In this document: positions 28,628 through 37,726 of the stretch, piece by piece
Numbering within the stretch: the first letter of the stretch is position 1
Layout: every line of letters starts with the position of its first letter
Notes under the pieces: generated by a model
Databases searched by the model: none
The model's input: only the letters and a program-made list of their open reading frames with translations
Told to the model about the DNA's origin: nothing
From: an uncultured Thermodesulfobacterium sp.
Lineage (GTDB): Bacteria; Desulfobacterota; Thermodesulfobacteria; Thermodesulfobacteriales; Thermodesulfobacteriaceae
Reading direction: 5' to 3'
Assembly (NCBI GenBank): GCA_938091335.1
Contig: CALLJG010000011.1
Coordinates: forward strand, 1,245 to 65,244
DNA: 64,000 bases
Position numbers and translations under genes: made by a program

Positions 28628-29776
28628 ATGCTTATTCCTGAAGGATTTCTTTTTTCAGCAGTTTGTTGCAGAATTAAAAAAGAAAATGAACCAGATTTAG
28701 GTTTAATTTTTTCTCCTCAAAAGCTTAGTGCATGGGGTGTATTTACAACTAATATGGTTAAGGCAGTTCCTGTACTTATAAGTAAAACCCATCTTAAAGA
28801 AAAAGAAATTTATGGACTTGTTGCTAATAGTGGAGTAGCTAATGCTTGTACTGGTGAAGAAGGATTTAAAAGGGCTCAGATTATTCTTAAAGAAATTGCA
28901 AAAAGATTAAATATTCCTTATAAGAGTTTATTAGCTGCTTCAACAGGAATAATAGGAAAACAACTGCCTATTGAAAAAATTTTACCACTAATAGACACTT
29001 TAATTGGTACTCTTTCTCCTCATAATTATTTTCAATTTGCTAAAGCAATAATGACTACTGATACCTTCCCAAAGATAACTTTTAGAAAAACAGAAGAAGG
29101 TATTGTAATTTTAGGTATAGCAAAAGGTGCGGGAATGATTGCTCCTAATATGGCTACTATGCTTGCTTTTATATTAACTGATGCAAGAGTGACTAAGGAG
29201 TACCTAAAGAGATTCCTTCCTAAAATAGTAGAAGAAACTTTTAATTGTATTTCAATAGATGGAGATACTAGTACTAATGATAGTGTATATATTCTTTCTA
29301 CTAATCTTAAAGAAGTAAAAGATTGGAAAGGTTTTGAAAAAAAATGTTTAGAAGTGGCTAAAGAACTAGCTTATCTTATTGTGAAAGATGGAGAAGGTTC
29401 AAGTAAGGTGATAAAAATTAGAGTAAGAGGTGTAAGAACTAAAAAGACAGCTAAAATTCTTGCAAATTCAGTAGCTAATTCTCTATTAGTTAAAACAGCT
29501 TTTTATGGAGAAGATCCCAATTGGGGAAGAATTTTTTCTGCATTAGGTAAAAGCGGAGTAAAATTTGATCCAGAAAAAATAGAGATTTACTTAAATGGTA
29601 TACCTTGGATTATTAATTTGAAAGTTGTTAAAAATGAAAATAAAATTAAAGAGGAAATGAAAAAATATGAGATAGAGTTATTAATTAAACTAAAAGAAGG
29701 AAAATTTGGTTGTGAAGTTTTAACTACTGACCTAACAGAAGAATATATAAGAATAAATGCACATTACAGAACATGA
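28628..29776 (+). CDS. argJ: Bifunctional ornithine acetyltransferase / N-acetylglutamate synthase
   Basis: Autoprocessing site PNMATMLAFILTDA, with TTDT and DGDTSTND motifs. Confidence 0.9.
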   Translation: MLIPEGFLFSAVCCRIKKENEPDLGLIFSPQKLSAWGVFTTNMVKAVPVLISKTHLKEKEIYGLVANSGVANACTGEEGFKRAQIILKEIAKRLNIPYKSLLAASTGIIGKQLPIEKILPLIDTLIGTLSPHNYFQFAKAIMTTDTFPKITFRKTEEGIVILGIAKGAGMIAPNMATMLAFILTDARVTKEYLKRFLPKIVEETFNCISIDGDTSTNDSVYILSTNLKEVKDWKGFEKKCLEVAKELAYLIVKDGEGSSKVIKIRVRGVRTKKTAKILANSVANSLLVKTAFYGEDPNWGRIFSALGKSGVKFDPEKIEIYLNGIPWIINLKVVKNENKIKEEMKKYEIELLIKLKEGKFGCEVLTTDLTEEYIRINAHYRT

Positions 29777-30534
29777 AAATTTTACTTACCAATGACGACG
29801 GAATTTATTCTGAAGGGCTTTGCGCTTTATATGAATCTCTTAAGCCAGATCATCAGATTCATATTGTGGCTCCAGATGCTGAAAGAAGTGCTGTAGGTCA
29901 AGCTATTACTATAGATCAACCCTTAAGAGTAATGAAAGTAAAAAGAGGGAGATATTTTTGGGGATACGCAGTAAGTGGGACCCCTGCTGATTGTGTTAAA
30001 CTTGCAATATATGAACTTGTAGGTCCTGTAGATCTTGTTATTTCCGGAATAAATAAAGGAGCAAATGTAGGAATAAATCTTTTATATTCTGGAACAGTAT
30101 CTGCTGCTACAGAAGCTAGGATATTGGGATATTCCTCACTTGCAGTTTCTATAGATGCTTATGAAAATATAGATTATTGTTTTGCAGCTAATTTTATTCG
30201 TACTTTTATAGATTATCTTTCTAAATTATCATTACAAACTCCTTTTTGTTTAAATATAAATATACCCCACATTAATCCTTACCAAATTAAAGGAATTAAA
30301 TTTGTTAGACAATCTATAGCAAAGCTTAAAGAATTTTTAGATAAAAGACTTGACTTACATGGTAAAATATATTACTGGCAAGGAGCTGAAGAACATACAG
30401 AAGAGAATCCAGAAACTGATGTAATTTCTCTCAAAAATGGATATATTACTATTACACCTATACATTTTGACTTAACTGATTACTTTACTTTAGAAAAATT
30501 AAAAAAAATAGAGATAAAACTTGATATTTATTAA
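29773..30534 (+). CDS. surE: 5'/3'-nucleotidase SurE
   Basis: ILLTNDDGI, SGINKGAN and YSGTVSAA motifs. Confidence 0.9.
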   Translation: MKILLTNDDGIYSEGLCALYESLKPDHQIHIVAPDAERSAVGQAITIDQPLRVMKVKRGRYFWGYAVSGTPADCVKLAIYELVGPVDLVISGINKGANVGINLLYSGTVSAATEARILGYSSLAVSIDAYENIDYCFAANFIRTFIDYLSKLSLQTPFCLNINIPHINPYQIKGIKFVRQSIAKLKEFLDKRLDLHGKIYYWQGAEEHTEENPETDVISLKNGYITITPIHFDLTDYFTLEKLKKIEIKLDIY

Positions 30535-30587
30535 CTTTGATTTAAAATTTAATATAAAAAGATATTTTCAAATTAGGAGGAGCATAA

Positions 30588-30821
30588 ATGAAAAAAAGAG
30601 GAAGAATAATCACTATAGAAGATGTTAGATTTGTATATGAAAATTATGTTAATATGAGTGCAACAGAAATTGCAGATAAATTAGGTATAAGTAAATTTCA
30701 AGTTAATAAAATTGTTAATGAACTAAGAAAAAGAGGAATTAATGTTCCAAGAAAAATAGGGAAAAAAATTAATGTATATGATAAATTTGTAGATGAGTTA
30801 AGAAAAGAAGGTAAGCTTTAA
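30588..30821 (+). CDS. Small basic helix-turn-helix protein, function unknown
   Basis: 77 aa with a strong AGGAGG RBS 7 nt upstream. An HTH-like segment reads MSATEIADKLGISKFQVNKIVNELRKRG. Confidence 0.5.
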   Translation: MKKRGRIITIEDVRFVYENYVNMSATEIADKLGISKFQVNKIVNELRKRGINVPRKIGKKINVYDKFVDELRKEGKL

Positions 30822-31801
30822 GATAAAATATTGTTTATTAATTCACAATCTTTTTTTATTTGCATTTTAAGTTCTTGGGTAGAAGAAAATTTTAATTCAT
30901 TTCTTATATATTTAATAATTTCAATTTTTATAGTTTTTTCATAGATATCTTTATTAAAATTAAAAATATGTACTTCTACTGAAAGTTCTTTTTCGTTAAA
31001 GGTTGGTCTTGTTCCTATATTTAGAGCACCTTTAAATTTTTTATCTTCATAGCTAACCCAAACTGCGTATACTCCTGCTGGAGGAAGTAATTTTAAGGGT
31101 GATATTTCAAGGTTAGCTGTAGGGAATCCTATTAATTTTCCTCTTTTTTTCCCCTTAATTACTTTACCTAAAATAAAATAAGGTCTTCCAAGAAGTTTAT
31201 TAGCTTCTTCAAATTGTTTATTTTCTATAAATTTTCTTATAAGGGAACTTGAAATTACAATTCCATCAAATACAATTGGGTTAATGATTTCTAATACAAA
31301 TTGATATTTTTGTGAAAGTTTTTTTAGAAATTCTGCATTTCCTTTTCTTTCTTTACCAAATCTGAAATTAAATCCTATTACAAGTCCTTTAGCTTTAAAT
31401 TTATTTATTATATATTCTTTAACAAATGATTCTGGAGAGAGCTTAGCCAAAAAATGTGTAAAGGGAATTAATGCTAAATTTTTAATTCCTATTTGAGAAA
31501 GGATATAAAGTTTTTCTTCGAGGGTGGTAAGAAGTTTAAAATTAGAATCAGAGGAAAGCACAATTCTTGGATGAGGCTCAAAGGATACTATAAGAGGTTC
31601 TACTTTTAATTTATGAGCTAATTTTTGTGTTTTTTCAAAAAGTGCCATATGACCTAAATGGATTCCATCAAAACTACCTATAGTAATTGCAGTATCAAAA
31701 TTTGGGGGTAAATCTTTATGAGAATAGACCTTCAATTTTTCCCTCCAATAGATTGAGAAAGCTATTAAATAAATAAATTGAATCATGAGGTCCTGGAGCA
31801 T
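30818..31801 (-). CDS. ribF: Bifunctional riboflavin kinase / FAD synthetase; start uncertain (in-frame TTG at 31735 is likely)
   Basis: ITIGSFDGIHLGH and the C-terminal riboflavin kinase motifs GFPTANL and IGTRPTF. The first 22 tracked codons overlap the carA 3' end. Confidence 0.85.
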   Translation of the reverse strand: MLQDLMIQFIYLIAFSIYWREKLKVYSHKDLPPNFDTAITIGSFDGIHLGHMALFEKTQKLAHKLKVEPLIVSFEPHPRIVLSSDSNFKLLTTLEEKLYILSQIGIKNLALIPFTHFLAKLSPESFVKEYIINKFKAKGLVIGFNFRFGKERKGNAEFLKKLSQKYQFVLEIINPIVFDGIVISSSLIRKFIENKQFEEANKLLGRPYFILGKVIKGKKRGKLIGFPTANLEISPLKLLPPAGVYAVWVSYEDKKFKGALNIGTRPTFNEKELSVEVHIFNFNKDIYEKTIKIEIIKYIRNELKFSSTQELKMQIKKDCELINNILS

Positions 31802-32849
31802 TTTCTGGATGGTATTGTACAGACATAACTTTTAATTCAGGTATAAACATTCCTTCCAAGGTATTGTCATTTAAATTAATATGAGTAATTATAACAGATT
31901 TTGGTAATTCTTCTTTTTTTACACAAAAACCATGATTTTGTGAAGTGATTTCCACTTTTTTATTAATAAGATTAAGAACAGGGTGATTGATTCCTCTATG
32001 ACCAAATTTTAACTTATAAGTAGTTGCTCCTAAAGCTCTTCCTAAAATCTGATGTCCTAAACATATTCCAAAAATTGGCTTTTTCCCAAGAAAGACTTTA
32101 ACATTCTCAACTAATTTATTTAATGGTGCAGGATCTCCTGGACCATTGGAAATAAATATTCCGTCTGGATTATGGGAAAGAATTTCAAAAGGATCTGTAT
32201 AGGCTGGAAAAACCAAACATTCGCAATTTCTTTCTGTAAAAAGTCTGAGCTGATTGTATTTTAACCCACAATCAATCACAGCGATTTTATATTTAGCTTC
32301 GTTTTTAAAATTTTTGTAATTTTCTTTACCATTTTTACCAAAATAATAAGGTTCTCTACAAGTTACATATTGAACAAGGTCTCTTCCAACATAATCTGGA
32401 CTATCTTTAATCTTTTTTAAAAATTTTTTAGGATCTAAAGTTTCAGTAGTTATTCCTCCTTTCATAGTTCCATATCTTCTTAAATATATAGTAAGGGCTC
32501 TTGTATCTATACTTTCTATCCCTAAAACTTTGTTCTCTGAAAGCCATTCTCCTAAAGATTTTTTAGCTCTCCAATTACTATAAAAAGGCTGATATTCTCT
32601 TATAATAAAACCAGCTACCTGAATTTTATCGCTTTCTATATCCTCATAATTTATTCCGTAATTTCCTATAAGTGGATAAGTCATAGTTACAATTTGATTA
32701 TAATAGGAGGGATCTGTTAAAATTTCTTGATAACCTGTCATCCCAGTATTAAAAACTATTTCCCCAAAAGTTTCCCCTTTCCCTGTAAAGGAGTATCCCC
32801 AAAAATAAGTTCCATCCTCTAACATCACAAGAGCTTTATATTTTTTCAT
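31716..32849 (-). CDS. carA: Carbamoyl-phosphate synthase small (glutaminase) subunit
   Basis: GICLGHQ catalytic Cys, QNHGF and the VQYHPE triad region. 377 aa. Confidence 0.9.
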   Translation of the reverse strand: MKKYKALVMLEDGTYFWGYSFTGKGETFGEIVFNTGMTGYQEILTDPSYYNQIVTMTYPLIGNYGINYEDIESDKIQVAGFIIREYQPFYSNWRAKKSLGEWLSENKVLGIESIDTRALTIYLRRYGTMKGGITTETLDPKKFLKKIKDSPDYVGRDLVQYVTCREPYYFGKNGKENYKNFKNEAKYKIAVIDCGLKYNQLRLFTERNCECLVFPAYTDPFEILSHNPDGIFISNGPGDPAPLNKLVENVKVFLGKKPIFGICLGHQILGRALGATTYKLKFGHRGINHPVLNLINKKVEITSQNHGFCVKKEELPKSVIITHINLNDNTLEGMFIPELKVMSVQYHPENAPGPHDSIYLFNSFLNLLEGKIEGLFS

Positions 32850-33992
32850 TATTTTTCCTTTTTTAATATAGTTTGTTTAGCTTTCCATAACAGATATTCT
32901 CTTATAAAGTCATCTAGATCTCCATTGAGCACTTCTTCTACTTTATATGATTCAAATTGAGTTCGATGGTCTTTGATTATTTTGTAAGGATGCAATGTAT
33001 AAGTTCTTATTTGATTACCCCAGCTTATTTCTTTTTTTTCTCCTATTAAGTTTTCCTTTTTTTGTTCAATTTTTTGTTTTTCCAATTGATAAAGTTTTGA
33101 TTTTAAAATTTTTAAAGCAGTCATCTTATTAAGATATTGACTTCTTTCATTTTGACAGGTTACTATTATTCCAGTAGGAATATGAGTAATTCTTACTGCA
33201 GTTTCTGTTTTATTAACATGTTGCCCTCCATGCCCACTTGCTCTCATAGTTTCTATTTTTAAATCATCTGGTTTTATTTCTACTTCTATTTCTTCTTCTA
33301 TTTCTGGAATTACGGTAATTGAAACGAAGGAGGTATGTCTTTTGGAATTGGCATTAAAAGGAGATATTCTTATAAGCCTATGTATACCTTTTTCCCCTTT
33401 TAAATATCCGTAAACTCCTTTTCCTTCAATAAGTAAAACAGCATTTTTAATTCCAGCTTCCTCTCCTAGAAGGGTATCTACAATCTTTACTTTATATCCC
33501 TTTTTTTCAGCCCATTTTACATACATTCTAAGAAGCATATATGCAAAGTCTTGAGCATCAGTTCCTCCTGTTCCTGCATGAATAGTTAATATAGCTGAAA
33601 ATTGATCATATTCTTCAGATAAAAAAAGTTTAGTTTCTTCAGTTTTAAAAAGTTTTTCAAAAGAAGAAAGTTCTTCTAAAAAGGCTTGAAAAGCTTCTAA
33701 ATTTTTTTCTTCCTTGTAAAGTGTATACCAATCTAAAAGTTCATAAAATTTTTTATTTAAATTTTCAAAAATATTAATTTTGTCTTGAATTTGAGCTTTT
33801 TCCTTAAGAAGATTTTTTATTTTTTGTGATTCCCAATTTTGACAATTTTTAAGTTTTTCTTCAATTTTTGATAGCTGATTTTGCAGATTTTCAAGGTCAA
33901 AGACACCCCCTTAAATCTTGAAGTTTTTCTTCATAATTTTTAATAATTTTTTCAAAATCTATATTTTTATATTCTAATATAAGTCCTTGCAT
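32849..33992 (-). CDS. prfB: Peptide chain release factor 2, requiring a programmed +1 frameshift at 33897-33902
   Basis: Frame 0 runs from ATG 33992: MQGLILEYKNIDFEKIIKNYEEKLQDLRGCL then TGA. After a +1 shift it continues DLENLQNQLSKIEEKL... into the tracked ORF, which carries SPF and GGQHVNKTETAVR (GGQ). Confidence 0.9.
33896..33911 (-). other. RF2 recoding site: AGGGGG-TGT-CTT-TGA-C
   Basis: The minus strand reads TTAAGGGGGTGTCTTTGACC. An internal Shine-Dalgarno-like AGGGGG sits 3 nt before the slippery CUU UGA C, as at the classical prfB site. Confidence 0.85.
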
Positions 33993-34218
33993 AGCAGATA
34001 AAATATAATCCAATTTTAAATAAAGGAAAGTATGTTTAAAAAAATTAATTCTCTTTTTAAAGCTCTTGATATCTTATTCAAAGTCTTTTTTTTAAACTCC
34101 TACACCTATACTTCCTTTTAAAAAATTTCTAATTTATTATAGTTTTCTAACAGACTCCTTCCAATGAATACAAAAGTCTATGAAAACTCACTACTTTAAT
34201 GGAAAAATTTTGAAAATT

Positions 34219-34380
34219 TTACATTTTAGGTTCAAACTCATTTTTTGAAGCACCACATATGGGACAAGTCCAATCATCTGGTAGCATTTCAAAAGGAGTT
34301 CCAGGAGAAATATTGTTTTCTGGATCACCAATATCTGGATCATAAATATATCCACATACTGTACACTGGTATTTAATCAT
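34219..34380 (-). CDS. Rubredoxin (53 aa; below the size cut-off of the ORF track)
   Basis: Hand translation: [53 protein letters not shown]. It has two CxxCG knuckles and a GGAGG RBS. Confidence 0.85.
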   Translation of the reverse strand: MIKYQCTVCGYIYDPDIGDPENNISPGTPFEMLPDDWTCPICGASKNEFEPKM

Positions 34381-34393
34381 GACCAATCCTCCA

Positions 34394-34558
34394 TTATTCT
34401 TCTATTGGATAATATACATTTTTAGGATTGCCACATCTTGGACATCTCCAACTATCTGGTAATTTTTCAAAAGGTGTTCCAGGAGGAACATTCCCTTTAG
34501 CATCTCCTACCTTTGGATCATATACATTACCACAAACACTACATTTGTATTTTTTCAT
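34394..34558 (-). CDS. Rubredoxin (54 aa; below the size cut-off of the ORF track)
   Basis: Hand translation: [54 protein letters not shown]. It has two CxxCG knuckles and an AGGAGGGAAG RBS. Confidence 0.85.
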   Translation of the reverse strand: MKKYKCSVCGNVYDPKVGDAKGNVPPGTPFEKLPDSWRCPRCGNPKNVYYPIEE

Positions 34559-34687
34559 AACTTCCCTCCTTTGTTTTGATTATTCTATAAAATATTTTTA
34601 TTTAATTTTTATATAAAATTATTTTCATAGTTAAAACTATTTTTAATTTTAAAATAATACAAATTGATTTTTTGTCAATTTTAAAAT

Positions 34688-35032
34688 TTATAATTTTTCG
34701 TAAATTTTTTTTAGATCTTTTAAAACTTCTTTTAAAATCTTTTTTAGATCTTTTTTTTGAAAAAGAGAAAGTTGAGAAGTTTTGATTTTTTCTTTTTCGA
34801 ACAATTTTTTAATGCCTTCTAAGGTATAGCCTTGGTTAAGTAAGGATTTTGTTTTAAAAAGCATATTTAATTGTTCTTTTTTAAAAAATTTTCTATTAGC
34901 AATGCGATAAGGTTTTAATTGAGGTATTTTCTTTTCCCAATAAATAAGAATATGGGGTTTAATTTTTAAAAGTTTTGCAGCTTGTGAGAAACTCACATAA
35001 AATCTTGATTTAGAATTCTTATCAAGTTTCAT
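34688..35032 (-). CDS. MerR-family helix-turn-helix protein
   Basis: The N-terminal segment YVSFSQAAKLLKIKPHILIYWEKK...FFKKEQL has the MerR HTH pattern. 114 aa. Confidence 0.7.
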   Translation of the reverse strand: MKLDKNSKSRFYVSFSQAAKLLKIKPHILIYWEKKIPQLKPYRIANRKFFKKEQLNMLFKTKSLLNQGYTLEGIKKLFEKEKIKTSQLSLFQKKDLKKILKEVLKDLKKIYEKL

Positions 35033-35312
35033 TACGGAGTTTAGCCTTAAATTGTGGTGAAAGGTAAAATGCCACCTTTTTAAAAGGTAATATTTCTAAT
35101 TCTTTTTGGTTCCTTAAATTTCTAGCTTTTTTCTTTTTAGTTTTATAGGGAACAAAGATTCCAAATTTTGTAATTTTTACTTTATTTCCTAATTCTAAAT
35201 CTTTTTTGATTTCTTCTAATAATTGATCTACCAATCTTTGTAAGGTCCTTTTTGAAAGACCTACTTTTTTAGAAAGGGCTTCTATAATAAATTTTTTATT
35301 AATAGTTTTCAT
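35022..35312 (-). CDS. HU/IHF-family DNA-binding protein (IHF-like, downstream of pheT)
   Basis: LSKKVGLSKRTLQRLVDQLLEEIKKDLELGNKVKITKFGIF...RNLRNQ follows the HU/IHF fold pattern. Its position after pheST resembles E. coli pheST-ihfA. Confidence 0.8.
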   Translation of the reverse strand: MKTINKKFIIEALSKKVGLSKRTLQRLVDQLLEEIKKDLELGNKVKITKFGIFVPYKTKKKKARNLRNQKELEILPFKKVAFYLSPQFKAKLRNET

Positions 35313-35315
35313 TTT

Positions 35316-37718
35316 TTATCTAGGTTTAGCTAAAAATCTTTTGAAAATTTTTTCTGCTACTTCCTTTTGTATTTTATTTACATCTTCATCTTTTAAAGTT
35401 TTATCTTGAGCTCTAAACCAGAATCTTATAGTGATACTTTTTTCATCTTCCGGAATAGGAGGTCCTTCATAAATTTTGATGCAACTTACTTTCTCCAAGT
35501 AAGGAATAGATAAAATTTTAATAAAGTCTAAAATTTCTCCAATTTTTATTTCTTTTTTTAGAATACAGGTAACATCTCTAAAAGTAGAGGGATATTTTGG
35601 TGGTTTTCTTACTTCATAAGCTTTTTTTATTTCTTTTTGTTTTTCCAAAAGAGGTTCTAAATTTATTTCAGCTATTAAAACATTAGTTTTTAAATCAAAC
35701 TCTTTTAATATTAAATTTTTAATTTCTCCTGCAAATCCAATTTTTCTATCTTCTAAATATAGATCAAAAGAAATTCCTCTTTTGAGAAAGGGTTCAGAAG
35801 AATAAGGAACAAAGTCTATATCTATTTTGAGATTTTCAAAAATTGAAGTAAGATAGCCTTTTAAATCATATAAATCAAATTTTCTTAAATCCTCATACCA
35901 AACTTCCTTATTAGCATATCCCATAATTAAGATTCCTAAATGAATTAATTCTTTAGCCAAAATATTTTGAGTAGGAAAAAAGACTTTTCCTATTTCAAAT
36001 ATTTTTAAAGAATTAACTTCTCTAAAAAAATTAAAGCGAGCAGTTTCAATTAGTCCAGGAACTAAGGTTGTTCTCATTATAGATTGTGTTATAGATAAGG
36101 GGTTAGCTATTTCTAAAAAATTTAATCTTAGATCATCCTCTGCTAAATTAAGTTTTTCTAAGGATGCTAGATCTATGAAACTATAAGTAATAACTTCAAA
36201 GAAACCTAAAGATTTTAAAAGGTTTTTTACCTTTTTTTCAAATTTTAGTTGCGCCGAAATCTCAGGGGAATAAAGGCTACTTTTAGGAAAAGTAATAGGA
36301 ATTTTTTCATACCCATAAATTCTAGCAATCTCTTCTATAACATCCTCTGGGATCTTTATATCTTGTCTATAAGAAAAAGGAACAACTTGAAAGCCATATC
36401 CAGTTTTTTTTACCCAACCAATTTTATTCAAAATTTCTTCTACTTCTTCTGAAGGAATAGAGAATCCTAAAAACTTAGTTAATTTCTGTTTAGATAAAGA
36501 AATTTGAGGAGGAAAAAAAGTTTTGGGATATATATCAATAATTTCTGAATAACCTTCTGGTTCAGCAATTTTCAAAATTAATTCAGTAGCCCTTAATAAT
36601 CCATAGATAACACCTTCTGGATCTATATTTCTTTCAAATCTATAACTACTTTCAGTAACAATTTTGTGTCTTTGACTACTTTTTCTTATTCTTTTAGGAT
36701 TAAACCAAGCCGATTCTAAAAATATATTTTCTGTTTTTTCAGATACTCCAGAGATTTCTCCTCCCATAATTCCTGCTAAAACCATAGCTTTTTTAGCATC
36801 TGCTATTACTAAGTCATTTTCTTCCAATTCTCTCTCAATCCCATCAAGCATAAGAAGTCGTTCTTTTGGATAGGCTTTTCTTACTTTAATTATTTTTTCC
36901 TCAATTTTTTCCCAATCAAAAGCATGTAAAGGTTGACCAAATTCTAAAAGGACATAATTAGTAATATCTACAATATTATTAATTGATTTTAAACCACAAA
37001 GCCAAAGTTTTTTTTGAACAAAAAAAGGGCTTTCTTTTATTTTAACTTTTCTAAAAAATCTTCCTGCATATCTAAAACAACCTTCCTTATCTAAAATTTC
37101 TATTTTTCCTGGAAACTTTTCTCCTTCTTTCAAAAAATCTTCAAAATAAGGAGCTTTAAATTTCCAAGAGGTTAAAGTATTAAGTTCTCTAGCTACCCCT
37201 AAAATAGAAAGAAGATCCCCTCTATTAGGAGTTATACTTAAATCCAACACCTTTTCAGATATACCAAGGATTTTGTAGATAGACTCTCCTACAGGAGAAT
37301 CCTGAGGAAGAATAAGAAGTTTATCCTTTTCCTCTCCAAGGCCTGCTTCATAAGGAGATAAAAACATTCCGTAGGATTTATAATCTTTAATGTTTTTTAT
37401 TTCTACTTTTTCAAAAGTAAAAGTCATACTTCCTGGTTTTGCAAGTCCTATTATTAAATCAAGTTTTACTTGTTCTTTAGCAGTGGTAAGCACAGTAAAA
37501 GTTTCTTTTCCATCGGTAACTTTACATAAAACTAAATCCTTAAGTTCCTGGGGTTCTAAAATCTCTAAAATTTTTACTGATATTAATTCCCCTAAACTTT
37601 GATAGGGATCTTCTATGGCTTCAACCTCTACTCCTCCCATAGTGAGAATTTCTGCAATTTCTTCAGGACCTATTTCTAATTCAATAAATTCTGAAAGCCA
37701 ACTTAAAGGGACCTTCAT
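35316..37718 (-). CDS. pheT: Phenylalanine--tRNA ligase beta subunit
   Basis: 800 aa with an N-terminal tRNA-binding domain, B3/4 and B5 domains and a C-terminal FDX-ACB domain. It is adjacent to pheS. Confidence 0.95.
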   Translation of the reverse strand: MKVPLSWLSEFIELEIGPEEIAEILTMGGVEVEAIEDPYQSLGELISVKILEILEPQELKDLVLCKVTDGKETFTVLTTAKEQVKLDLIIGLAKPGSMTFTFEKVEIKNIKDYKSYGMFLSPYEAGLGEEKDKLLILPQDSPVGESIYKILGISEKVLDLSITPNRGDLLSILGVARELNTLTSWKFKAPYFEDFLKEGEKFPGKIEILDKEGCFRYAGRFFRKVKIKESPFFVQKKLWLCGLKSINNIVDITNYVLLEFGQPLHAFDWEKIEEKIIKVRKAYPKERLLMLDGIERELEENDLVIADAKKAMVLAGIMGGEISGVSEKTENIFLESAWFNPKRIRKSSQRHKIVTESSYRFERNIDPEGVIYGLLRATELILKIAEPEGYSEIIDIYPKTFFPPQISLSKQKLTKFLGFSIPSEEVEEILNKIGWVKKTGYGFQVVPFSYRQDIKIPEDVIEEIARIYGYEKIPITFPKSSLYSPEISAQLKFEKKVKNLLKSLGFFEVITYSFIDLASLEKLNLAEDDLRLNFLEIANPLSITQSIMRTTLVPGLIETARFNFFREVNSLKIFEIGKVFFPTQNILAKELIHLGILIMGYANKEVWYEDLRKFDLYDLKGYLTSIFENLKIDIDFVPYSSEPFLKRGISFDLYLEDRKIGFAGEIKNLILKEFDLKTNVLIAEINLEPLLEKQKEIKKAYEVRKPPKYPSTFRDVTCILKKEIKIGEILDFIKILSIPYLEKVSCIKIYEGPPIPEDEKSITIRFWFRAQDKTLKDEDVNKIQKEVAEKIFKRFLAKPR

Positions 37719-37726
37719 TAGGTTTC

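Noticed and set aside
34031-34120. A 29-aa plus-strand ORF (MFKKINSLFKALDILFKVFFLNSYTYTSF) with an AAGGAAAG upstream, in the prfB-rubredoxin spacer
   Set aside because: It is short and low-complexity, with no recognisable motif, in 75% A+T DNA where such ORFs arise by chance.
34428-34616. A 62-aa plus-strand ORF
   Set aside because: It is the antisense shadow of the second rubredoxin gene, which has an RBS and intact CxxC motifs on the minus strand.
34559-34687. A TTGACA hexamer (minus strand, 34673-34678) as the rubredoxin promoter
   Set aside because: No acceptable -10 hexamer lies at 16-18 nt spacing. In this AT-rich spacer the match is not distinguishable from chance.
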